Shown here piece by piece: positions 1 through 10,500 of a stretch of 20,000 bases of DNA (position 1 is the first letter of the stretch; every line of letters begins with the position of its first letter). The notes below the pieces were generated by a model. It did no database searches, had not been told where the DNA came from, and was given only the letters and a program-made list of their open reading frames with translations. The stretch is from assembly GCA_000934665.2 (NCBI GenBank), contig JYFJ02000422.1:115863-135862 (forward strand). Reading direction: 5' to 3'. A program made the position numbers and the translations under genes. The DNA is from Catajapyx aquilonaris (Eukaryota).

Positions 1-121
1 ATGGATATGTCGCATGCAATACCCCAGACGTTCGAAGTTCACCTACATGATTATATAGACTTCTCATGTTTGTGACAAAAATGTTCTTAACTTTGCCTCC
101 GCTTTTTTTTTGCATGCGAAG
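1..121 (-). CDS. Candidate second coding exon of the same gene (partial, runs off the window)
   Basis: Possible acceptor TTGTATCTGTTTCAAG|CTT (AAG type), in phase with exon 884-931; open for 40 codons LRMQKKSGGKVKNIFVTNMRSLYNHVGELRTSGVLHATYP, basic and ending in an LRTS-x-VL presequence-like motif. Confidence 0.4.
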
Positions 122-883
122 CTTGAAACAGATACAATACGCGACATCAAAATAGCAGCCATATTAAGTTATTGCATACCTGTCAGGTGTAGCTAATATA
201 TCCAAGAGACTATTAGCCTGCTGATTCCTCCCATTTTCAAAATCCATGAACTGTAGTGATTTAATACAGTGTTTCGGATAAAAAAATCTTTCGTAAGCCG
301 CTGCAGGCCTATCAATATGGAATATCCTACAATATTAAAGATGATTATGATCATACTAAACCCCCATTAGTGAGACACCGTTGAATTAACCCACAGACCA
401 GTCTGAATTTTGTCGAGCGCAAGATCTACTGACTCGTGCATATACAATGCCGACGTGTCGAAATATACGCACCTATGCAATAAAGTGACCTTCATGTCAC
501 CATGACGGTGATAATAATTATTTTGTTCTTGCTAATTCATGACTCGATTGAGATCTAGTTGAAATGTAGGGCCGTAAGTTGGCAAAAACGTGAGAATCCA
601 AGGGGAATGATCTGGAAGAGTTCGCGTGTGAGCAGTTATATAATCCCCTTTTTTTTGGCGTATACGGTGTTGGAAGGTGTGGGTTGAAAGTGGGAGGGAA
701 TGGCGAGGGATATAACTACGTCACAACTTAACTTTTGCCGCCTTCTTTTTTCGTTTCCCTAATTGAGACTGCAAAAGTCGTCACGGTCCCAACCAAAAGT
801 GGGAAAGAGGGTGCCGCCGAAGCGTCTGCCAGAAAGAGTATACCAGACAAACAGGGGCCTCTGACACTTAGGTCGGTATTTAC

Positions 884-931
884 GGTGTTTTGTCGTAGGA
901 CATTCACTCCTGCACGCGAGAGCAACGCCAT
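884..931 (-). CDS. Candidate first coding exon of a mitochondrion-targeted protein (MALLSRAGVNVLRQNT)
   Basis: Strong start context CAAAATGGCG in a CpG-rich patch; Arg/Leu/Ala-rich peptide with no acidic residues; possible phase-0 donor ACC|GTAAAT at 883. The exon end is uncertain. Confidence 0.5.
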
Positions 932-1040
932 TTTGTTTTGCGTCGCTTGCTAATCTCAGGTTCGGTTGCTATGGCGCACCTGTCATAAGCAGAATATGTG
1001 TCTAGAGGAGAATGGAATGCTGCGTCTCAAATATGGCGCC
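924..1040. promoter_or_regulatory. Housekeeping-type promoter region with YY1-like and RFX X-box-like motifs, possibly bidirectional
   Basis: CGCCATTTT (926-934, YY1/Pho-type) overlaps the minus-strand ATG; GTTGCTATGGCGC (966-978) is X-box-like; a second ATGGCG lies at 1033 on +; CpG density is locally elevated. Confidence 0.45.
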
Positions 1041-2192
1041 AATGTCTGGTACATTGTCAGCTATATACGTTACTCGTCTTTCTGGTCAATGTCATCGACG
1101 GAAGCTTCGGATATTACGAGTTAGCACGGCTAGAATATAATTTTATATTAATTTTGTATTCGTGTCAATTTTGATGCCATGAAAATCCTGACGATGAAAT
1201 AATACTATTAGAAAGCAGCAATTTTCTGGGCCAAGAAACATGGAACATTGTCATGGGAGTGTATTAGGCCTATATAGTGCAGGAGGGACATAGAAAATGC
1301 TACCTGGCTTTGGTAAAAATGAATGATTCTGACTGAACTTCCTACGCAGGTCATTCCCAACAAATCACACAAGCTACTCCCAAACAGTAAAATCAACATT
1401 AAAATTTGTAAATGGCGCTTTTGCTAAGGATTTACTTGAACATATCCTGATCCAAAGAGCTTATTAAGCAATCGTGCATGAATAGTGTGATATCATTGAA
1501 TGACGGCAAGTAGCAAGATATTAGGGCGTATTTGTTCGGTGTGTCTATTGACATGTACTGCTGTACCTGTCTTCCTGTATAAAATATGACAGTTGCTACA
1601 TTACGTGCTGATCAATATGATTACGTCAATGCGTGGGTGAAACAACAAAGATGATTTTTTCATTTTCCGATAATCGTAACAAAAACAACTTGATATCTTC
1701 TATCAGATCATTTCGGCACCTATTTTCCAAGTATTTGGAGATAGAGGCGACACAGAGCTCCGCGTGCTTGTTGAGACAGGCATATAGGAAATCTGGCGGC
1801 AGCGCTGATTACATGATGTTTACTGATTGATTCCAGCACAAGCGTCGACCATATTCTTACGCTGATAACAATCAACTGCACTCGCACTTGTGAATGGGAG
1901 GCGCCGTCAGGTATACATCAGTACATTACCAAAATGTTGATACCGAGAATCAACTGTGTTATCATTCGTAATTGAAGTGCGTCAGAAATGAGGGGAAAAA
2001 CAGACAACTTGTATACCACGAAGTTTTACGAGCACAATAAATGTCGTGTGGTATCTGTCACCTCTTACACACCAATCAATTTATTAGAGGCTTAACATAA
2101 CAGGACGTCTACAATGTTGACAGTAATTGCGACAATGATGTTGGGGAGAAGAGGGTTCTAATTTAGTTATGCGTCAGTCCGCAAGTTTATTT

Positions 2193-2499
2193 CTATTCGG
2201 ACTCCAGGAGGTCACGTGAAGACAATACTCTCTCGACAAGAATGGCATAAGTACAGGTGCCGGTTGCTTTCATGTTCTTTTCCACAGACGTGGCCAATTG
2301 CAATTTGCAGGCCCTTGTCTCTTTTGCATCTAGCTGGCTTTTCTCCCAAAGGACCTGCCAAAGGAAGCACCCTCTCTGCTGGGTTAAGATAACCAGCAAG
2401 GGGTTACTTGCCTATAGGGGCAAACAACCTGCATACTTCACTGGGATGTGGATTTAATTGCACAAGATTGCTCGATGTGATTGGTCACCAACTCACCAT
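2193..2499 (-). other. Candidate two-exon transcript with a 73-aa small ORF (or lncRNA / TE remnant)
   Basis: ATG|GTGAGT donor at 2496, 85-nt intron, acceptor TTGTTTGCCCCTATAG|GCA at 2412, frame open to TAG at 2193, minus-strand AATAAA at 2191-2186 and 2085-2080. No recognised homology. Confidence 0.3.
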
Positions 2500-4532
2500 C
2501 AAAGTTCAGGTAGCATCAGTTTTTCGACGGTCCATTTCACGACATTTCACATTAACGCCATTTTCAAATTATAAAATGAAAATGTAAAAAAAAACCGCCA
2601 ATGACAAAAAATCAAGACATTATATCACAACTCTCCCAACACAGAATAAGAGGAGGTTCTCTTATTTTATTGGTGCATTGTGGCACGGTCTGCACGTATA
2701 TTGAGGTTTTGGTATGCCAGGTGAGTATATCAAATGATTCGAAGAAACATATATGCAACTTGCTCCTACAGTTCGGCGTTACTTGATGACCATGTTATTT
2801 CAATAGAGATGTCCGTTTTCTTCAAATCTGGACATACAAAACTACATAGATGATAATGATGAGAGCATTTTGCGAAGTATGGCATACTGTATAGGCATCT
2901 TGTTCTTCTGCAGGTCTGTCAATTTTTTAGTAGCAGGATCAAATAAATGATCTGAAGGTAAAGGTGTATATGAAGATTTTTGCCATTATAATGAAGGCCA
3001 AGTTAGTTTATGGAAATTAAGTAAATAGACAGCAATACAGTGAAACTTATTGTGTATAGCGGAATCTTTCCTTTCCGTGAAAGTTGTGTGTGTGTGTAAC
3101 AGGCAAGATTCCGCTACAACAAATAATGCTAGATTAGTAAAATAATTTAATCGTATTAAAATGTTACCGGATTGGTGCCCCCAAGTCCACACTCATATTT
3201 ATAACGCCGAAATTACTGAACATTACTAAAGTCATAATAAATTATGATATTTTGTCTAGCTTTCGACCGCCTCAGGCCATGAATAGTGTTTCTGGTGCAG
3301 TTTTCAGTAGTGCTGTTTTCAAAAATAATGACAGTAAGTACTCGTGTTTATATTATTGTTTGACAAATAGACATGTATAAAATTACATTTAATTTATAAG
3401 TCCATTCGCGATTTCGCTGCCCAAGGGGTTATATTTTTTGTCGTACGTTGCTCTGTACGGAATTTCTGGTGTGAGGACCTTGCTTATTTCCGCAAGTTCC
3501 ATCACTGCATTCTTATTCATACATGCACTGTACTGTACAGTACAATGCGGGAATGTTTCCAGCCAAATTTTTAGAGCACCAGGTGCCTGTCTATTCTATA
3601 TACATTGTACAGTAATTCTCTCTACATTTTGCATTTCACACATTTCATAACACAGTAGGTGCACTGATAAAATCATTTTGAAAATATGTGAGGATGATAC
3701 ATAACACAACAAGGCTCCATAATCCAAGTTGTCTCAGCAGACGTAACGTGTCAACTCGACGGGTTTATACTGGCACCACTCGAAAGGTATTGCCACAACA
3801 ATGAAGAATGCAACGTGTGCTCAAGTCGACACGTAAGAAGGACGAGGACATAATGCGCGATCTAAGAGAACGGAATGTTGTGCACGATTAACTGGCAGAA
3901 TAACTCATTTTACACTTAACTACATACTGTATTTTGTACTTGCACGACATTTTGAATGTAAAAAATAGAGGCCAAATAATATACGTAAATAAGTAAATGT
4001 ACTTGCAACACTCCTAAAGCAATAAAAATAGTAAGCTATTTATTCCAGTGTTATGATCTGATCGTGGCATATAATAATAATAATAATACGTTCAAGATAT
4101 GCAGCATTGATGAGGATATTCATCAGATATCACGGTCACGACGTAAGTTCGGGGTAGTCCCGAATGTCATAAAAAGCACCATATCTGTAAGTATCGTATA
4201 ACAAGCACCTTCCAAGGATGTTGGTTGCAAAAGAGAGTGAACTCAAAAAAATTTGGGAAAAAATAATGCCGAGATGGTTGTTTCTCAATATTATGGGCAG
4301 TGACGTCCACATATGACTTGCCGATACTGATGATGTACACGGAATAAGTGACGATTAGAACTTGACTCTCATGCAAGTCTTCCGACCTTCATATGTACAA
4401 GGCCTAAGTCAACGAACTTGCTATTCGGTTAATTGGTCTAATCATTAGTGCGAAACTCAGGTATTGCCTCAAACTCAGCAGTTGCAACCATTATGCAAGC
4501 CTTTATATGAGCTTTATAATATATTATTCGTC

Positions 4533-4595
4533 ACTATATGCTACAACAAATTCCTACAATAATTTCATATGTACGAATTTGTTGTAGCATATAGT
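4533..4595. repeat. Perfect 21-bp inverted repeat with 21-nt spacer (hairpin)
   Basis: ACTATATGCTACAACAAATTC (4533-4553) is the exact reverse complement of GAATTTGTTGTAGCATATAGT (4575-4595). Confidence 0.92.
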
Positions 4596-6920
4596 AAAGC
4601 AGAATATGCGATGAATATGGTAATATTACCCGTACGTCAGAGAAACGCAGATATCATAGCGTCTGGCATCTGCTGAGACAGCTACTGGCATCATAAGTGA
4701 CGACTATTATATTCATGCAAGCGTCTAGTGACGAAACCCTCCTTAATATTAAATGGACCGCATTATATCTGAAAAAGGCTGTCTGTTCCAAACAGACTGA
4801 ATAATTATTGTCGGGAGACAATCCATATGCACCTAAGCTTGCCTTATAAAGGTCGGTAACCAAAGGTGAAAGAGCTTGCCCACGACCAACGACCTCCTGG
4901 AGGCAGAGGCCTCATCTTCTGGTCGCCTTTTGGGTGACGGACTGCCTTTTTCCCAGCATATTTATTTCTGGTGACAAAGAGTCTGCGGACGCTGACCCTC
5001 AACTCGCTAGTCGCTTTTCACCTCCTTCCTTTGACAGGGATTGCCGCCAAGTGAAGTCAGATGGGGCACGCCCACAGATCAGTGGAATAAAAGACACAAG
5101 TCCAAAATAAGCTTCCCTTGACACGGTCGCGGAAACGCGCTGCTGACTTCTTGGCTCCGGCTCCTGGAGTCAGGCCCGTCCTGCCATTTGCCCAAACTTT
5201 GTTTCCTGGAAGATGGGCCACGAGTTTGTTCATTAACTCGAGTAATTTGGCGATATGCGACGCACGTTGTATCTAGTTATTTTGTATCTCAATTGCTGCA
5301 CTTCTAGATAGTGTCACTGGTAGGCAGCACCGTGCAGGTACTATCGTAATGGATAGTTCCGGTAAAGCCTGCTCAACCCGAACTTCCTGATTGTTGTACT
5401 GTGTTCACAACCGCGGTTACATTACTTGGTAGGGCATGTAACGACCATGTAACTAATATAGCTGCCAAGTGGAAAGAGCGGGTAGTTTGACTGGGTAGTT
5501 GAAGAGGTTTTTAATATATGCATGAAAATCGTTGGAGCGAAAGAAATGTTATTTTCGTAGGCGTACGGGTCGTATATCTGGACGCTTCTAGGAGGTCTTT
5601 GGCAGGATGAGAAAGGTCCAGGAATAGCAAGAAAGGGTTGGCAAGTCGTCCCTTCAGTCAACGTTCGTCAGGTCGACGAAAGTCTCATTTACTTTTTGGC
5701 TTGCTGATGGAGGTGGATGTCTTATTGGCCTTGAGCTTCTCCTGAGGGCTCATTGGACTCGTACCTGTCGCATATTGACCGACACGAGGGTGCAATGCAC
5801 AGGGTGAGTCGGAAGTCTGCCAGCCTTTTTAATAGGCTACCTGTCCTCCCTCCTCGTATTTTTAGAGCCTGCTAATTCATGCGTCTTTTGAGAAGGAATG
5901 CGCCTCTGGTAATTGCTGAGTCTCATTTACCGTATATATAATATTTGCCAAAAATTATGTAGGGGTGGCTGGACATCATTTTCCACCCTGTTACAGACAG
6001 TGTGATGAGACCTCATATATTGGGGTTAATAAATTGAGATCATCTCTCATATTTTTATTGTGTGTATGTCTACAGTATAGTAGGTTAAATATAAGCACGA
6101 AATGGCATTAACAAGAAACTAGGACATACTGTAAATGCGATTTAAATCATAACTCGTGAATACTATTGTGTCCTGTAATATGTTATTTAATTTTAGAGTG
6201 GTCATTAGATCATCATCTCTTGCATAAGACACTAGGGGAGATAACCTCTCAACTTTATAAGGAAACGAGGTGTAAAAATGCAGTTGTAAGCATATCCCAA
6301 TCAGTGTTTAGTCACATGAAAGTCCTTTTGAATGTCACGAGATAGCCAATATTTGGTTGCCGGGTGAGATAGGCTGCAGTTAGATTTAATAATCCGGCTG
6401 GTTTATACTTAGTTGAGTTTTTGCCTTCAAGTATATAGAACCTGTACGTACCACTTTGTTGTTGCCGCGGTTATGTTCCATATTAAGAACCAATCACATC
6501 ATCTGGCTGAACTTTGCCTAGATATGATATTGTTGCAATGAGCCAATCAGTGATCCATAAGTTCACCTTTGCTCTGCTCAATTTTTTCCCCTTCTTTAGC
6601 CCCATGCTAAACCCGGATACCGCATATACAGTTATACAGCTGTTCAGGAAGGTCAGTTACACTCGTACGTCTGGAAATTGACCTTGGTCATGGTCACGGG
6701 CACAGTAGCGAGGAGGCACGTCATGTTCAATAAGTCTCATCTGCACTAATCTGCTTCTATCTCACCGCAAACAGCATGCACTCTGCGTGCGTATTTTTAA
6801 ATATAAAAATTATCTCGGTGCATACACTTGATAGTACGTCGTATTACTATAAGTTTCGTAACATCCAAAACATGGTTTCAAGTGTTCATTGATAAAATTG
6901 TCGTGTGTTTATTTATTAAG

Positions 6921-7568
6921 GCGCAGTAGCAATAATACGGTTAGAACGTAATTCGTATGGAATTTAATTTTTATGTGGCGAAACGCATCTTCAATCCGGA
7001 AAAACACTAACACTAAGTAGGTGCTTTGCGCAAAGGTTTGGCCTTTACAATGATACCATACTCGACATGATTGAATTAAAATTGTGGACGCTTGTCCGAT
7101 TTTTTTCGCGATTTATTCGCCATGGACTTTTCGGAAATTCGTTTTCCTATCACTTCAACTAGTCGTAAAGGTCACTTCTAGGCCGGAAACAGAATAAAGA
7201 CGAAGTAGGTGCCCTGCTCCAGATCGTCTACAATTTTTTGGTGCAATTTCTGTCTCAATTGAACCATTTTTGAGGCCATACGTTTGCAGAAACGTTGACA
7301 TGTCGAATCCTCCTCTGCTGCATACACAAGTTTGTTGGGGTCGTCGCCAGGGTCGCTAATTGTTGCGGGAGAGATATGAAGCTAGATATGCGAGTTTATA
7401 AGGTTCGAATGTATGGCGCTAAGGTGGGAAGGAGGCTTGGCAACGGGACGGGAATTGTTTGAGAGGTGGCAACAATTGCTTTCTATTGTTGCCCTATACA
7501 ATCAATAGGCTCACTTCGACAGCTATAGCTGCAGAGCCATCTCTCTTACCGTATTTTTGCTACTGCGC
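6921..7568. mobile_element. Non-autonomous DNA transposon (MITE-like, ~650 bp) with 21-bp terminal inverted repeats
   Basis: GCGCAGTAGCAATAATACGGT (6921-6941) is the reverse complement of ACCGTATTTTTGCTACTGCGC (7548-7568) with one mismatch; no ORF of 60 aa or more inside; left flank TTAAG, right flank not matching. Confidence 0.75.
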
Positions 7569-10500
7569 GCATATACTGTTCGGTATAGTATAACTGACTG
7601 TGAGTTGCGATAAATATAATATTAATGTTACATGAAATGAATAATTTACGCATTGTTTGGCAAGGGAAATGATATTCTGAAAACCAGACCTGGCTAGTAT
7701 TTACCGCATTCATTCGAATTACATATGAGATCAAAATGGCTTGCCTTCAGAGTTCAGACGTAAGTGAAAGGTTAATGAGAAAGTTAAGGAGTAACCCCCC
7801 CCCCGTGTTGCATTTCAGTGGGCAAAAGCGGGTCTGCTGTCAACCATTACTTATTTACATCCGACATGACCGCTTAATATTGGTTAGTCTATACTGTATG
7901 TCGATGGATCATTTTAAGAGTAGAAAGACTTTTTTTTTCATTCGTTGTGATAGCGGTATATAGCGGTATTGGCCGTAAACGAAATGACCAATAATTATCA
8001 ATTCCTCATATTCCTGCATATGTTATCACGGAGAAAATATCGACATGAATGTTAACATGAATGTTAAGGTCTCCGCAAATGTGACCTTCGAGAGCAGAAG
8101 ACGATATATGTTCAAAGTGTCGTCCCTGAGCCAACCATCAGCATTATGCTTACTTAGGAGGATGACTTGCAGAGAGGCCAGGGAAACAAAGTGTATTGGA
8201 AATATTCCGACGTAAAAGATCTGGAATCTGGCGTATATATTCATGAGCCATATTGAGAAAGGTCGCATTAGCAAACAAGTCGAGGTTTTTAACCAATGAC
8301 CAGAAGGTGGACAAATTTCCACGAGCGCATATTTTCGTACTGTATATCTGGGGATGGCGTCGTGTTGACTCGAAGAGTCGGAGCAAGGACAGCGTTTGCA
8401 TTTGCATTGCACACCGACTTCCTGTGGAGGAAGACATGTGAAACCACGAGAGAGATTGACATGACCTTCCCCACTGCTACTTGATAAGCAGAGGTAGACA
8501 ACTATCTTGGCCATCTGCAAGTCTATAGTGACCCACGTCCCTCCTGCTTTAAATGGCATCATCGCTTATTATTATTGGATGACCTATGCGTCTGGACCGA
8601 AACGAATTCTCCGTCCTTACTATGGAAGCAGTCGATTTGGGAACATTCTAGACGCGAGTACCATACCGTCATTTTGATAAACTGCGAAGATTCAGTTAGC
8701 ACACCTGCAATGTTTTTTCACATTTATTATCATGTACGTACAACTTGCGATATGGTTCGCATTTTAAAAGTGTAAATAACAAATCATAAATAAAATTTAG
8801 TATTATGACAGCATTTTAAAGATTGCAATTATCTGTACCGGTACCTCAAAATTGAAAATCATTTAATCTTCTAGTGCCAAATTGAGTGGAATATGCGAAT
8901 ACCACCCTCAGTACCAGTATTGCATCAGTTACGTGGCCGAGGAGTATCAAGAGGCCTCGTTATACTTTACATAGCGTATAGTGAGTAGCATACAGGTCAT
9001 CTTGCACAATGAGCGTTTCTCACATTCCAAAATGAGAGTGGGAAAGGTATCTAATGATTTCGCAGGGAATAGCATAGCAGTCGACACACTGGAAGTTATA
9101 TTATGTGGCATCATAAAATCATATCGATGTTGGCTATAGAGCAAATATTGTGCCTTCTAGCTAGATCATGACGACCTACCCTCGACCTGTGTTTTTTAAA
9201 GTCTACTGTCACTTCTGAGGACAAGATTCCAGATTGAAGGTCTTTTCTCTGGCTTTGGCAGCGAAGATCACGGTTTTTTTTCCGTAAATGTTCATTTCTG
9301 CATCATCTGAGGCTGAGTTATATAGGGGTTGGCGCATTGCCCATGACTTCAGTTCAATAGTTTTTTTTCCCCAGCAGACCGCGAAATATGCGATACTGGT
9401 AAACTCTCATGTTGATGTACTGTAAATAGTTGAGGCACACGGGGAAAAAACCAATAAGACTCATCCACTTAATTATCTAAGTCAGATGTCTAAAAACTAC
9501 TGCGATGTAGCCTAAACAGTGCAGTAAAACAAAATTTTGACGACGTTGTATTAGGCGCAGATCAGGCAGCACAAATCAATTATACTAATACAGTATACAG
9601 TACTATACTTATTTCCGCGATACCTCATTACTTGCGAGTTTACATGGATTGCCTATTTTTGCATCTTTTCAAGTTCTCAGCCCTTGTGCCTTGAGAAACT
9701 GAGAAAGTAATAATCTTCTGGCCGCTTCTGGCACCATGGTGTAACCCGTACTGTACAAAGTCGTGTAGGTAGCACCAATCTGCTTATTACATATTGCTGA
9801 AGGTCGTAGTGCCTTGAAATATATGCATCATGAGGAGTCACTGTATCAATATCCATTTTTTTGCCTAAGCGAGGACGATTTATTGATATCATGCAACCTT
9901 TTCAATAGGTCAACAAACTATATGTCGTATAATATATTTATGCAGCATTATCTCATGGACGTTTTCCAGAATATGACCAGCATCATTCCACTGGTTATTT
10001 ATGCGACTGTATATAATAATTTATGTAGCATAACCGTGCAAGTATTTTTAAATGTAAGTAACTGAGATTTTTCATTGTCATCAGTTTTGTTCCTCTATCA
10101 AGATTAGTTTCTTAGGGGTTGTACGTAATGTTTTGCCCCAGGATTTTGCCTCGGCAAGGGCACCATGTTATAATTATCATAGCTACTTGGAAACCTTTGG
10201 CAGGTTGAAAGTTGTCCATTTTTGGGCGCCACCCAGCAGAAGGAAAGCACCTTTTGGCGGCTTCTTTCTGGCGTCGTTGCCGTCCGGGGGAATTCTGGGT
10301 AACAACACCCTCTGGGAAATGAGTGCAAAGCCTTCCAAGTGATCAGCAAGATTATGGTTTCAGGGGAAAGGACTCTTTCGCGACGGTGTCGCAACTCCTT
10401 ACCGTCTAAAGTCTACAAACGAACCAACTTCCACCGAATCTTCATAAATGACAAAGGATCCACTTATTTTCAAAGCTAGTGCGCGAATTTTAGATTTATT

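Noticed and set aside
2856..2955. Box C (ATGATGA) and box D (CTGA) pair suggesting a C/D snoRNA
   Set aside because: No terminal stem, no recognisable rRNA guide, and such motifs are common by chance.
5800..5990. CAGGGTG...CACCCTG mariner-like ends
   Set aside because: Only 7-8 bp match, TA flanks absent and the interior match is poor; could be chance or a very old relic.
8026..8562. Longest ORF in the track (178 aa, minus) and overlapping ORFs
   Set aside because: No recognisable domain in any frame I translated, random-looking composition and no coherent splice context.
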